A stretch of 64,000 bases of DNA, from NCBI GenBank assembly GCA_965277805.1, contig OZ255842.1, positions 3,040,001 to 3,104,000 on the forward strand, written 5' to 3'. The position numbers and the translations under genes were made by a program. This stretch comes from Candidatus Lustribacter sp. (GTDB lineage: Bacteria; Vulcanimicrobiota; Vulcanimicrobiia; Vulcanimicrobiales; Vulcanimicrobiaceae). Within the stretch, counting starts at the first letter, position 1. Each line of letters opens with the position of its first letter. The notes beneath the pieces were generated by a model. It was not told the origin of the DNA. It searched no databases and worked only from the letters and a program-made list of their open reading frames with translations. This document shows, piece after piece, positions 1 to 11,476 of the stretch.

Positions 1-2
1 TC

Positions 3-383
3 CTCGGCTTCTACCTCGTACCGCGCACGATCGATAAACTGCGGGCTGAACTTCCGGGCGGCAACCTCGGCCCGTATGTGAACCACGCCACCGGTTTCTG
101 CGCGTACGTCGTCCGCCGCATGGGTCTCGAGATGGACGACTTCCGCCAGGCCGTCGCGGACGCGCCCGATGAGGACGCCGTCGTTGCATGGCTCGCCGCG
201 CGCGTCGATATTTCGCTCGCCCCGGCCGTAAATGCGAAACTGGAATCGTTTGTCGTCGAACGCATGTCGGCTGAAGATCAAGTCCTCGTGCGCGAGCGGC
301 ATCCGGTGATGGCGGAGCGTCCCGACCTCTCGGTAATGCTCGATATCCTCGACGCCGACGATGAGGTGACGTTCGCCCAATGA
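3..383 (+). CDS. DUF5069-like protein (5' truncated by the window edge)
   Basis: The frame is open from base 3: LGFYLVPRTIDKLRAELPGGNLGPY...DEDAVVAWL. This resembles the PRxIDKxRA pattern of DUF5069. Confidence 0.65.
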   Translation, partial: LGFYLVPRTIDKLRAELPGGNLGPYVNHATGFCAYVVRRMGLEMDDFRQAVADAPDEDAVVAWLAARVDISLAPAVNAKLESFVVERMSAEDQVLVRERHPVMAERPDLSVMLDILDADDEVTFAQ

Positions 384-1183
384 CGAACTCGACCGTGCTT
401 CCGACCTACTTCATCCCACACGGCGGCGGACCGTGGCCGTTCATGCCCGAACGCGCGGCGGAGCTTGGTGATCTGACCGCATTTCTGCACGGCTTGCTGG
501 CCGATGTGGGCACGACGCCGCGCGCGATCCTCGTGATCTCCGGGCACTGGGAAGAGCCGGTGCCGACGGTGACGTCGCGCAGCGACTACTCGATGCTCTA
601 CGACTACTACGGCTTTCCCGAACACACGTACGCGCTGCAATATCCGGCGCCCGGTTCGCCCGAGGTCGCCGCGCGCGCGCTCGAAGCGCTCGCCGCGGCC
701 GGCATTCCCACCGCGGCGGAACACACGCGCGGCTACGATCACGGCGTGTTCGTGCCGTTCATGCTGATCGATCCGGCAGCGACGATTCCGGTCGTGCCGC
801 TCTCGCTCGTCCAAGGGCTCGATCCGGCGCAGCACATCGCGGTCGGCCGCGCGTTGGCGCCGCTGCGCCGCGAAGGCATCTTGATCGTCGGCAGCGGGAT
901 GAGCTTTCACAACCTGCGCGCCCTCTACGCCGGCAGCGACGTCCTGACGCGCTCGCAACGTTTCGATGCGTGGCTCGACGACGCGGTCACCGGCGATCCG
1001 GCGCTGCGCGATCAGCGTTTAGCTGCGTGGGCCGCGGCGCCCGAAGCGCGCTTCGCCCATCCGCGCGAAGAGCATCTGCTGCCGCTGATGGTCGCCGCCG
1101 GCGCCGGCGAAGGCGAACCCGCGCGGCGCGTGTACAGCAACGCCATCATGGGTGCGGCCACATCGGGTTTCCGCTTCGGGTGA
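380..1183 (+). CDS. DODA-type (class III, LigB-fold) extradiol ring-cleavage dioxygenase
   Basis: Motifs YFIPHGGGPWP, VISGHWE, LYDYYGFP, GYDHGVFVP, GSGMSFHNL and AHPREEHLLPL. Confidence 0.92.
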   Translation: MTNSTVLPTYFIPHGGGPWPFMPERAAELGDLTAFLHGLLADVGTTPRAILVISGHWEEPVPTVTSRSDYSMLYDYYGFPEHTYALQYPAPGSPEVAARALEALAAAGIPTAAEHTRGYDHGVFVPFMLIDPAATIPVVPLSLVQGLDPAQHIAVGRALAPLRREGILIVGSGMSFHNLRALYAGSDVLTRSQRFDAWLDDAVTGDPALRDQRLAAWAAAPEARFAHPREEHLLPLMVAAGAGEGEPARRVYSNAIMGAATSGFRFG

Positions 1184-1193
1184 CGCGCGCCCG

Positions 1194-1736
1194 ATGACAT
1201 CGGTTCCCACCACCCGCGAAATCTTCTTCATGTTCTTGCGTATCACGCTGCTGGCGTTCGGCGGCGCGATGGGCTGGGTGCATAACGTCATGGTCGTTCG
1301 GCACAAGTGGATCACCGATCGCGAATTCGCCGAGACGCTCTCGCTCTGCCAGTTCTTGCCCGGGCCGAACATCACGAATTTCGCGATCGCGGTCGGCATG
1401 CGCTTTCGCGGCGTGCGCGGCGCATTGGCGGCAGTCATCGGATTGTGCGGGCCGCCGATGATCCTCCTGATCGGTGTGGGCGCGCTCTACGAGCGCATCA
1501 CCGGCATCGCGGCGATTCGGGGCGCGCTCAACGGCCTCTCCGCGGCGGCTGCCGGACTCTTCCTCTTGCTCGTCATCAACTTGCTACGCACCCTCGTCCG
1601 CACGCGACCGGCCGTCACGCTCCCGACGGCGGCGGTTTCGTGCGCGGCTGTCCTTAGCGGCGCACTTTCGATTCCGCTCGCGCTGCTCGCGCTCGGTCCG
1701 GTCAGCATTGCGATTGCCTGGTTTCGCCGCAAGTGA
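1194..1736 (+). CDS. Short-chain chromate ion transporter (CHR family), subunit 1
   Basis: LLAFGG and LCQFLPGPN motifs; hydrophobic; paired with the next gene. Confidence 0.88.
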   Translation: MTSVPTTREIFFMFLRITLLAFGGAMGWVHNVMVVRHKWITDREFAETLSLCQFLPGPNITNFAIAVGMRFRGVRGALAAVIGLCGPPMILLIGVGALYERITGIAAIRGALNGLSAAAAGLFLLLVINLLRTLVRTRPAVTLPTAAVSCAAVLSGALSIPLALLALGPVSIAIAWFRRK

Positions 1737-2278
1737 TGTATGCCGGGCACGCCGTTTGGCCCGCACTGGTGGCATTGTTCACGCGTGTCTCGACCCTGGC
1801 GCTGATCTCGTTCGGCGGCGTCAACACCGTTCTTCCGGCGCTGCACCATCAAGCCGTCAACGAGCAGCACTGGATGACCGACCGCGATTTCGTCAGCCTC
1901 TTCGCGCTCGCGTCGGTGTCGCCCGGACCCAACTTCATGGTCGTGACGCTGATCGGCTACAAGGCTGCCGGCGTGCTCGGCGCGCTGACGGCAACGTTCG
2001 CGCTGCTCGTCCCGACCTCGCTGCTGGTGTTTGCGCTCGTGAAGGTGTGGGACCGTTTCCAGACCGCGCCCTGGCGCGTCGCCATTCAAGAGGGCCTCTT
2101 GCCGGTTACGGTTGGTTTCGTCGGCGCGGCGTCCGTACTGCTCGTGCGCGCCGCCGACAACAACATCGCGGGTTACCTCATTACGGCGGCGGTCGTCGTG
2201 GTCGGCACGGTAACGCGCTGGAACCCGCTGTGGGTATTCGCCGTTTCGGCCGTGGTCGGCGCATTCGGCCTGGTGTAG
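1736..2278 (+). CDS. Short-chain chromate ion transporter (CHR family), subunit 2
   Basis: LISFGG and ASVSPGPN motifs; TGATG overlap with the upstream paralog. Confidence 0.88.
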   Translation: MYAGHAVWPALVALFTRVSTLALISFGGVNTVLPALHHQAVNEQHWMTDRDFVSLFALASVSPGPNFMVVTLIGYKAAGVLGALTATFALLVPTSLLVFALVKVWDRFQTAPWRVAIQEGLLPVTVGFVGAASVLLVRAADNNIAGYLITAAVVVVGTVTRWNPLWVFAVSAVVGAFGLV

Positions 2279-2312
2279 GATGAGCGCGGCGGGCCGCCAA
2301 TGGCGGCACGTC

Positions 2313-4414
2313 ATGACTCCGCGCTTCCGCGCCATCACGCTCGTCGCACTCATCGCCGGCATCATCGGCGCCGCTCCGCTCGCCGCACGCGATTCCTTTC
2401 TCTGGCTCGAGAGCGTCAACGGCGCGCGGGCAATGGCGTGGGTGAAAGCCGAGAATGCCAAGACGCTTGCCGTGTTGCAGCGCGACCCGCACTTCGCGCC
2501 GTTCCGGGCCACGGCGCTGGCGTTGACGCAATCGCAGACGCGCATTCCGGTGCCCGAAGTGATCGACGGGAACGTCTACAATTTCTGGCAGGACGCAAAT
2601 CACGTGCGCGGCATCTGGCGCATGACGACGATCGCCGGCTACGCGCAACACGCACCGCCGTGGAAAACCGTGCTCGACCTCGATGCGTTGGCGGCCGCCG
2701 AGGGCAAGAACTGGGTGTGGCAGGGTGATGATTGCGAATCGCCGAGCGGAACGCGCTGTCTGATCTCCCTCTCCGACGGCGGCGAGGACGCTTCCACAAT
2801 ACGCGAATTCGATCTGACGAGCGGCACCTTCGTCGACGGCGGTTTCGTTTTGCCGCGCGCGAAGCAAACGGCGGCGTGGGTCGACGACGACACGCTGCTC
2901 GTCGCGCGGCCATGGGAGCCCACCGACGTTACGGCGTCGGGCTACTCCTACATCGTCAAGACGCTCAAGCGCGGAGAGGCGCTCGCGGATGCGGTCGAAC
3001 TCGCGCGCGGCACGAAATCCGACGTCGATACGTCACCCGTCGAACTCCACGACGGCCAAGGGCATCGCATGCTGGCGGTCCGGCGCGCGGTCTCATTCTT
3101 CGAAAGCCGCACCTCGATCGTCACGCCGTCCGGACTGCGCCCGCTCGATCTGCCGCCGAAAAACCGACTGCGCGCGCTCGTCGCGGGGCGGCTGCTGATC
3201 TCGCTCGAGCAGCCGTGGCGCGTCGGAAACCGCACGATCCCGTCCGGCGATCTCGTCTCCGTCGATCTCGCCGCCGCGACGGCCGATCCCGCACACCTCG
3301 AGCCGTCGATCGTCTATGCGCCGGGTCCGCGCGAATCGTTCGAAGACGCCGGCCGCACGCGCGATCGGCTGATCGTCACGTCGTATGCGAACGTGCGCGG
3401 ACGGGTGGCCGTGTACGCACCGCTGCCGAACGGCGGCTGGTCGAAGCGCTCGCTCGCCGTGCCCGACTACTCAACGGTGCAGCTCACCGGGACGAACGAC
3501 CGCGGGAGCACGGCCTACGTCACCGTCACGAGCTTCCTGCGACCGACGACGCTTCTGCAGCTCGATACATTGAACGGCACGTCGCGCGTCGCGAAGGCAC
3601 GGCCGGCGCTCTTCGACGCCTCGCACGACGTCGTCGAACAAAACGAAGCGACGTCGAAGGACGGCACGCGCATCCCCTACTTCATCGTGCGTCCGAAGAA
3701 CCTCGCCTACGACGGCAACGCACCGGTGATCCTCTACGCCTACGGCGGTTTCGGCGTTTCGCAGACGCCGTTCTACAGCAGCATCTTCGGCCGCCTGTGG
3801 CTGACGCCCCGCGGCGTGTTCGTGCTGGCCAACATTCGCGGCGGCGGCGAGTTCGGTCCGGCCTGGCACGACGCCGGCCTCAAGACGCATCGCCAGCGCG
3901 TCTTCGACGACTTCGCCGCGGTCGCGCGCGATCTGATCGCGCGCAAGATTACGCGCCCGCAGCGCCTCGGCATCATGGGCGGCTCGAACGGCGGCTTACT
4001 GATGGGCGTCGAGTTCACGCAGCATCCGGAACTCTACGGCGCGGTCGACATTCAGGTGCCGCTGCTCGACATGCTGCGCTACGAGCAGATCGCCGCCGGC
4101 GCGTCGTGGGTCGGCGAGTACGGCAGCGTTTCGATTCCGAGCGAGCGCGCGTTCCTGGCCAAAATCTCGCCCTACAACAACATCAAGGCCGGGGTGCACT
4201 ACCCCGAACCGCTGATCTGGACGACGACGAAGGACGATCGGGTCGGCCCGCAACACGCGCGCAAGTTCGCAGCCAAACTGGAGGCCATGCACATCCCCTA
4301 CCTGTTCTACGAAGTCACCGAAGGCGGTCACGGCGCCGGCGCCAACGCGAAGGAGACGTCGCTCACGACTGCGCTCGAGTTTACGTATCTCACGCGCCGG
4401 CTCATGGAGGACAA

Positions 4415-4418
<4 letters not shown>
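2313..4418 (+). CDS. Prolyl oligopeptidase (S9A), secreted
   Basis: Signal peptide; motifs YAYGGF, ANIRGGGEFG, GGSNGG (Ser), KDDRV (Asp) and EGGHG (His). Confidence 0.95.
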
Positions 4419-5349
<931 letters not shown>

Positions 5350-5362
<13 letters not shown>

Positions 5363-5592
5363 CCCTCGACAGTTTTCGCATCGCGCATCTTCGCGCGGTC
5401 GGGATTGGAGCCGGCGTCGCGCAAACCTTGACGCTGGTGCAGCAAATCGTAGAACCGGTCGAGTTGGACGGTAATCTCCGACAGCCGAGCGCGCCCGGCC
5501 GCATCGAGCCCGCCGTCCTCACCGCGCTTCCACAACTCGTGCTCCTCGGCAACCAGCGCCTCAATCGACTGATGAATAGATGCGTCGTTCAT
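5350..5592 (-). CDS. DUF2630 family protein
   Basis: 80 aa with LVAEEHEL...QLDRFYDLLHQRQ...R...VEGY pattern. Confidence 0.8.
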
Positions 5593-5636
5593 AATGGTCT
5601 CTTTCCCAATTATCGCGCGTCGGGCTTCCCTACCGT

Positions 5637-5664
5637 GTCATCCCGAGCTTGCCGACGGACCGCC
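5637..5664. repeat. REP-like half element (GTCATCCCGAGCTTG family)
   Basis: GTCATCCCGAGCTTGCCGACGGACCGCC matches 31533-31560 at 25 of 28 positions. Confidence 0.7.
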
Positions 5665-6735
5665 TCAACCGTTCTCAACCGCCTCGGCGATCGCTTTGCC
5701 CACTTCCACAGTATTCGCCGTGCCGCCGATGTCGCGCGTGCGCGGGCCGTTCGTGAGCACGGTTTCGATCGCTTTGACGATCGCGAGGCTTGCTTCGGGA
5801 TAGCCGAGATGATCGAGCATCATCGCACCGGACCAAATCTGGCCGATCGGGTTGGCGATGCCTTTGCCCGCGATGTCGGGTGCGGAACCGTGCACCGGTT
5901 CGAACATCGAGGGATACTCACGCTCGGGATTGAGGTTCGACGACGGGGCGATGCCGATCGTTCCGACCACGGCCGGACCGAGATCGGAGAGGATGTCGCC
6001 GAATAAGTTCGAGCCGACCACGACATCGAACCAATCCGGATGCAGCACGAAGTTCGCGGCCAGAATGTCGACGTGGTACTGATCGGTGCGCACGTCGGGA
6101 TAGCGTTCGGCCATGAGCTTCACGCGTTCGTCCCAGTACGGCATCGTGATCATGATGCCGTTGGATTTTGTAGCCGACGTGAGGTGGCGCTTGGGCCGGT
6201 TACGCGCGTACTCGTAGGCGTAGGCGAGGATGCGGTCGACGCCGCGCCGCGTGAAGATCGTTTCTTGAAAGACGATCTCATCCGGCGTGCCCTCGGCGAA
6301 GCGTCCGCCGACCGAAGAGTACTCGCCCTCGCTGTTCTCGCGTACGATGATCATGTCGATGTCGCCGGTGTTGCGGTTTGCCAGCGGCGAAGCGATGCCC
6401 GGCATCAGCCGCACCGGCCGCACGTTCGCGTACTGCTGGAATTGCCGCCGGATCGGGATCAGCAATCCCCACAGCGAGATGTGGTCGGGAACGCCCGGAA
6501 AGCCGACCGCGCCCAGAAAAATTGCGTCGTGGTTGCGAATCTGTGCGATGCCGTCGGGCGGCATCATCGCGCCGGTCGCTTTATAGAACTCGCAGCTCCA
6601 GGGAAAGTGCTCCCACTCGAAGCGCAGCCCGAAACGTTTCGCGGCCGCGTCGACGACCCGGATACCTTCGGGAACGACTTCGTTGCCGATGCCGTCTCCG
6701 GGAATCGTCGCGATCTTGAACGAGTTCTTGCTCAT
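5665..6735 (-). CDS. Tartrate dehydrogenase/decarboxylase (D-malate dehydrogenase; isocitrate/isopropylmalate dehydrogenase family)
   Basis: Motifs IPGDGIGNEV, PDHISLWGLL, RENSEGEY, SATKSNG, NLFGDILSD and FEPVHGSAPDIAG. Confidence 0.92.
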   Translation of the reverse strand: MSKNSFKIATIPGDGIGNEVVPEGIRVVDAAAKRFGLRFEWEHFPWSCEFYKATGAMMPPDGIAQIRNHDAIFLGAVGFPGVPDHISLWGLLIPIRRQFQQYANVRPVRLMPGIASPLANRNTGDIDMIIVRENSEGEYSSVGGRFAEGTPDEIVFQETIFTRRGVDRILAYAYEYARNRPKRHLTSATKSNGIMITMPYWDERVKLMAERYPDVRTDQYHVDILAANFVLHPDWFDVVVGSNLFGDILSDLGPAVVGTIGIAPSSNLNPEREYPSMFEPVHGSAPDIAGKGIANPIGQIWSGAMMLDHLGYPEASLAIVKAIETVLTNGPRTRDIGGTANTVEVGKAIAEAVENG

Positions 6736-7868
6736 GCGGTAATCAGGAGTTCCTTTAGGCGCGGATAGACTTTGGTGGCGAAGTTGGTCATGCCGCGCAC
6801 GGTTTCGTCGTGTTCGAGGAAACCCGCTTGACCCATCATCAGCAAATGCCCGTAGCCGCCGACGTGGGCGTGGTGCTTGGCGATCTGTTTGTACACCGTA
6901 TCGGGATTGCCGGCGAACACGATGCCGCGCTCGATGCACTGCTCGAGGCTCGACGCGCGATCGAAGGCGGTGGCGGCGCCGCGCATCAACGCGACCGACG
7001 CCTTCAGCGACGCATAGCCCGGCGGGTTCTTCCACTGCGGTGCGACCTTGTTGGCCGTGAGGTACCATAACAGCTTGCGCGCGCCCTCATAGCCCGCTTC
7101 GTCCGTATCGCCGGTGTACACGAGCGCGGCGTAGGCGAGCCGGTCGTCGGCCGTCGTTTCCCCGTTCGCCGTGCGCTGGCTGCGGTACGCATCGAAGATC
7201 GCTTTCGTTTGATCGAAGCCGGTGAGAAAGGTTGCGACGGTGTGGCCGTGATCGGCGACCTTCGCGACTTGCGAGGTGCTGGTGGCCGTGATCCACACCG
7301 GCGGGCGCGGCTGCTGGTAGGGCCGCGGCCAGATGTTGACCTGACGGTAATTGAAGTAGCGGCCTTCCCAGTTGAACGGACCGTCGTGCGTCGTCCACGC
7401 TTTGAGAATGAGGTCGTGCGCTTCCCACAGCCGGTCGGCGGTGCGCACGGGGTTGCTGTTCGCCGGCGAGAGCTCGTAGGGTACCCCGCGCACGAAGCCG
7501 ACTTCGAGCCGCCCGCGCGAGTAATTGTCGACCATCGACATCTCTTCGGCCACGCGCACCGGATCGCGCCGGTTGCCGATCGGGTTGCCGAGCACCAGAA
7601 TGCGCGACTTCTTCGTGATACGCGAGAGCGCGCCGAGCACGACCGCGGCCGACGGGTTGAGGTTCGTCGCGGTTTGGTGGTGCTCGTTGAGCATCAAGTC
7701 GAGGCCCAGCTCTTCAGCCTGTTGCCACTCGTCGAGATAGCGGTGATAGAGTTCGGCTCCGACCTTCGGGTCGAAGTTGCGATTGGGCAAGCTGACGCGG
7801 ATCGAATCGTACGTCGCCGCATCCGGCAGATACGGATAGGCGTTTTCGCTGAAGTACCAAGCACGCAC
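6732..7868 (-). CDS. LLM-class (luciferase-like) flavin-dependent monooxygenase
   Basis: Motifs LNEHHQ, PVRVAEEMSMVD, SRGRLEVGFVRG and IWPRPYQQPRPPVW; GTG start with AGGAG RBS. Confidence 0.9.
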   Translation of the reverse strand: MRAWYFSENAYPYLPDAATYDSIRVSLPNRNFDPKVGAELYHRYLDEWQQAEELGLDLMLNEHHQTATNLNPSAAVVLGALSRITKKSRILVLGNPIGNRRDPVRVAEEMSMVDNYSRGRLEVGFVRGVPYELSPANSNPVRTADRLWEAHDLILKAWTTHDGPFNWEGRYFNYRQVNIWPRPYQQPRPPVWITATSTSQVAKVADHGHTVATFLTGFDQTKAIFDAYRSQRTANGETTADDRLAYAALVYTGDTDEAGYEGARKLLWYLTANKVAPQWKNPPGYASLKASVALMRGAATAFDRASSLEQCIERGIVFAGNPDTVYKQIAKHHAHVGGYGHLLMMGQAGFLEHDETVRGMTNFATKVYPRLKELLITA

Positions 7869-7878
7869 GGTCGGGCTC

Positions 7879-8661
7879 CTAACGTTCGCCGATGAAGTGG
7901 GCAACGCGTTCGACGAACGCTTCGGGTTGTTCGTTTTGCGGTACGTGGCCGGCCGCGGGAATGACGTCGAAGAGCGCGCCCGGGATGCGAGCGGCGAACG
8001 CGCGGCCGTACGCCGGCGTGACGATGCCGTCGTGTTCGCCCCACAAGAGCAGCGTGGGCACCTTGATGCGGTGCAGCCGGCGCGTCAGTTTTGGATTATG
8101 CCCGTACGGCTCCCAAAGATACATGGCCGAGGCTTCGCGATTGCGCGCGACGATCTCCAGCCCTTCGTCGGACAAGTCGGACAATTTCGGCGCCTTGCTC
8201 GTATCGAAATACGTGAGCCGCTGCAGTTCGGCCGGATCGGTCCCGAAGATGTCGGTGATATCGCGCGTCAGGCGATCGCTCACCTTGATGCCGACCGCGT
8301 CGACCAAGATGAGCCGCGCGATGCGCGCCGTCGATTTGACCGCGATCTCGGCGGCAATCCAGCCGCCCATCGAGAAACCGATCAGCGTCACGTCGCGCAG
8401 GTCGAGCGCGTCGAGCAGATCGAGATAGAGATACGCTAGATCGTCAACGCTGTCGATCCAATCGGGCAGCTCCGAGGTGCCGAAGCCGGGATGTGTCGGC
8501 GCGATCACCCGACCGTGCTTGGCGAGCAGGCCCAGGAACGGCGCTTGCGGCTGCAAGCCGCCCGCACCGTGCAGCACCAGTATCGGCGCGCCTCCGCCGA
8601 TGTCGAGATACTCGAGCGGCACGCCCGCGGCGAGCAGCTGTTTCGGCGCAATCACGCTCAT
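7879..8661 (-). CDS. Alpha/beta fold hydrolase
   Basis: Motifs LVLHGAGG, HPGFG, GFSMGG (nucleophile elbow), WGEHD and AGH. Confidence 0.9.
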   Translation of the reverse strand: MSVIAPKQLLAAGVPLEYLDIGGGAPILVLHGAGGLQPQAPFLGLLAKHGRVIAPTHPGFGTSELPDWIDSVDDLAYLYLDLLDALDLRDVTLIGFSMGGWIAAEIAVKSTARIARLILVDAVGIKVSDRLTRDITDIFGTDPAELQRLTYFDTSKAPKLSDLSDEGLEIVARNREASAMYLWEPYGHNPKLTRRLHRIKVPTLLLWGEHDGIVTPAYGRAFAARIPGALFDVIPAAGHVPQNEQPEAFVERVAHFIGER

Positions 8662-9836
8662 TTCGATCCCCTTGCCGAACCGGCGACGACCCAATCACCC
8701 TTCGGATTATCCCAGCGCAGCGCGAGCACGTTGTCGGCCGATAAACCGCGCTGGCTGCCGTCGCGGAAATCGTAGATCCCGCAGATGCCGGCGAAGCCGT
8801 GCAAATTTTCGATGTAGTCGCGAACGTCGGCGGCCTTCGCATCGGGTCCCAGATGCCGCAGCGCATCGACGTAGATGAGCGCCGGGTCCCAGAGCAGCGC
8901 GCTTTGAAAATCCGGCACCACGCCCGCGCCGTGCAAAGCATCGCGGAAGAGCTTTTGCTGCACGCCGACGGCGCCCGGTGAGAGCGTGTCGGTGATGTAG
9001 CCGAGTCCCGGAAAGTAGAGCTCGTTCGGCGTGATGTTGGTGAACTGCCGCATCTGCCCGAACGTCATGTTGCCTCCCGAAGTGATGTAGGGCAGGTTCA
9101 TGCCGCTGTCGGCGACGCCGTGCAGCAGCGTGCCGAACGCGATTCCCGCCGTCCACAAAAAGACGACCTGCGGGTTGGCCGCTTTGATGTTCGACATCTG
9201 CGCGGTCACGCTCAGGTCGGCCGGATTGAAGTGCTCGCGCCGCACGACATGCAGCGGCGCATTTTCCGGAAAACCCAAGGCCGTATCGAATGCCGTGTCG
9301 CCGTCTTGACCGACGGCATCCGTCGAGCTGATCCAGGCGATGCGGTTCCAGCCGCGCTGCCGCGCGAAACGCACCATCGCATACACCGCATCCGACGATG
9401 ACAGGCTGGCCGAGAACAGGTAGCTGTTCTTCGCCGGATGGACGGCGGGCGACTGACAGAACTGCACCGGGCCCGTCTTCAACAACGGTTCGGTGGCTTT
9501 GCAACTCGCGGCGACGCCCGGGCCGAGCATGAGTTGCACGCCCTTCGCCGTCAGGTCGTTGGTCAGTTGCACCGAGACGCTCGGATTCGACTGATCGTCG
9601 AGATAGACGAAGTGCACCGGCCGGCCTTTGATGCCGCCCTGTTTGTTGACCACGCCTTCGAGCAGCGTCAGCGCCGTCTGCACGCCCTTGCCGGCAAACG
9701 AGCCTTGCCCGCTCAGCGGTAATACCGCCGTGATGTCGACCGGCGCCGGCTGCGCTTGCGACATCGCGGGGAGTGCAGCCAGTAAAACAGAGGCGGCGAA
9801 CCCAGCCACGATGCGGAGCGGCGTGCGAGTGCTCAT
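8658..9836 (-). CDS. ABC transporter substrate-binding protein (LIV/PBP6 type)
   Basis: Signal peptide; LPLSG, VNKQGGIKGRPV and DDQSNP motifs. Confidence 0.88.
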   Translation of the reverse strand: MSTRTPLRIVAGFAASVLLAALPAMSQAQPAPVDITAVLPLSGQGSFAGKGVQTALTLLEGVVNKQGGIKGRPVHFVYLDDQSNPSVSVQLTNDLTAKGVQLMLGPGVAASCKATEPLLKTGPVQFCQSPAVHPAKNSYLFSASLSSSDAVYAMVRFARQRGWNRIAWISSTDAVGQDGDTAFDTALGFPENAPLHVVRREHFNPADLSVTAQMSNIKAANPQVVFLWTAGIAFGTLLHGVADSGMNLPYITSGGNMTFGQMRQFTNITPNELYFPGLGYITDTLSPGAVGVQQKLFRDALHGAGVVPDFQSALLWDPALIYVDALRHLGPDAKAADVRDYIENLHGFAGICGIYDFRDGSQRGLSADNVLALRWDNPKGDWVVAGSARGSK

Positions 9837-9925
9837 AAGCGCGGCGTTCTCGTCACGCGGACGCAGCCACCTCCTCGCGCAGCACGGTAGCAGGCGCGTG
9901 CACGCGCGGAGCAGCACGATGCGGT

Positions 9926-11467
9926 ATGAAACGCGCGCTGATTTTGACCTGTGCCTTGTCGCTCGGCCTCAATTCCACCGTCGCTGCCCAATCACCGCCA
10001 CCCGCGCCCGATCCGGCGAGCGCCGCCTGCACTGCGCTCCGTCTGCACGATTTCGAAAACGTGCCGGGCGCGCCGGCGTGGGTGACGACCGCGGCCGTTG
10101 CAACGACGCCCGCCGGCCAGCGCTACTGCGAACTCTACGTCCACATTGCGCAACAGGTCAGCATGCAGATGCGGCTGCCGCTCGCGAATTGGAACGGCAG
10201 GTTCTGGATGAACGGCAATCACGGCATGGGCGGACAGTACGTGACCGGCGAAACCGACGTTCCGCTTGCGCAAGGCTTTGCGGTGGCGACCAACGACATG
10301 GGCCATCACAACCGCGCAAACGACGGCGGCTGGGCGTATCAGAGCATGCAGGGCAAAGTCGACTTCGCGTATCGCGCCGCGCACGTCGCGACGCTCGCTG
10401 CGAAGGCGATCGTCACGGCGTATTACGGACGCAAGATCAGCTATTCGTATTTCGGCGGCTGGTCGACCGGCGGCCGCCAAGCATTGATGGAAGCCGAACG
10501 CTACCCGGACGATTTCAACGGAATCATCGCCGGACCGGCGCCGCTCTGGTCTTCGGAGATGAAAGGCTCATCGGTGATGTGGACGGAGGAGGCCAATCGC
10601 GGCCCGAACGGCCGGCCGATTCTCACGCCCGCGCAGCTTCCGCTGCTGCACGACGCCGCAACCAAAGCCTGCGACGGCGGCGACGGCGTGCACGACGGCC
10701 TGATCGCCGACCCGCGCACGTGTCATTGGGAACCGCAGAGCCTGTTGTGCACCAGTGCTGCCGCGCCGGGCGCGTGTTTGACCGCAGCGCAAGTTGCGGT
10801 CGCGCGTAAATTCTACGAGTTGCCGCACACATCGAAGGGCACGGTACTCTATCCGGGCGGCATGATGCGCGGCTCCGAGCTGCTGTGGACCGAACGGCTG
10901 CCGTACGGCACCTCGCCGATCTCACGCATCGCCGAGTACAGCCTCGACTATTTGCGCTACTTGGCGTTCGTGCCCGACGCCGGTCCGTCGTACGACATCT
11001 TCAGCTACAACTTCGATCGCGATCCGCAACGGCTGGCAAAGCTCGCGCCGTTGTACGACGCGACGAATCCGGACCTGCACCCGTTCCGCGCACACGGCGG
11101 TAAACTGATCATGTGGACCGGCTGGGCCGACCCCGACATGGCGCCGCTCGCCACGCTGAAGTTCTACCAGCAAATCATCGCCGCATCCGGCGGAGCCGCC
11201 GCCGCGCGCACGTTCGTGCAACTCTACATGATCCCGGGCGAATACCACGGCCCCACCGGCGTCGGCCCCGTGATCGCCACCGAAGACTTCATCGCCCCGA
11301 TCGAAGCCTGGGTCGAATCACACATAACCCCCGACCACGTCATCGCCAAAGAAACGCACGACACCGTCGTCACCCGCACCCGCCCCGTCTACCCCTACCC
11401 GCTCTACGCCCACTACACCGGCACCGGCGACCCCAACGACGCCACCAACTTCACCCCCACGAAGTAG
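9926..11467 (+). CDS. Tannase/feruloyl esterase family hydrolase, secreted
   Basis: Motifs RLPLANWNGRF, TNDMGH, SYFGGWSTGGRQ, RYPDDFNGIIAG, CDGGDGVHDGLI, GGKLIMWTGWAD and RPVYPYP. Confidence 0.9.
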   Translation: MKRALILTCALSLGLNSTVAAQSPPPAPDPASAACTALRLHDFENVPGAPAWVTTAAVATTPAGQRYCELYVHIAQQVSMQMRLPLANWNGRFWMNGNHGMGGQYVTGETDVPLAQGFAVATNDMGHHNRANDGGWAYQSMQGKVDFAYRAAHVATLAAKAIVTAYYGRKISYSYFGGWSTGGRQALMEAERYPDDFNGIIAGPAPLWSSEMKGSSVMWTEEANRGPNGRPILTPAQLPLLHDAATKACDGGDGVHDGLIADPRTCHWEPQSLLCTSAAAPGACLTAAQVAVARKFYELPHTSKGTVLYPGGMMRGSELLWTERLPYGTSPISRIAEYSLDYLRYLAFVPDAGPSYDIFSYNFDRDPQRLAKLAPLYDATNPDLHPFRAHGGKLIMWTGWADPDMAPLATLKFYQQIIAASGGAAAARTFVQLYMIPGEYHGPTGVGPVIATEDFIAPIEAWVESHITPDHVIAKETHDTVVTRTRPVYPYPLYAHYTGTGDPNDATNFTPTK

Positions 11468-11476
11468 CATCGTGCA

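Noticed and set aside
2732-4414. Apparent long N-terminal extension of the UDP-glucuronate decarboxylase (876-aa ORF)
   Set aside because: Out-of-frame overlap with the prolyl oligopeptidase; the real start is GTG 4415.
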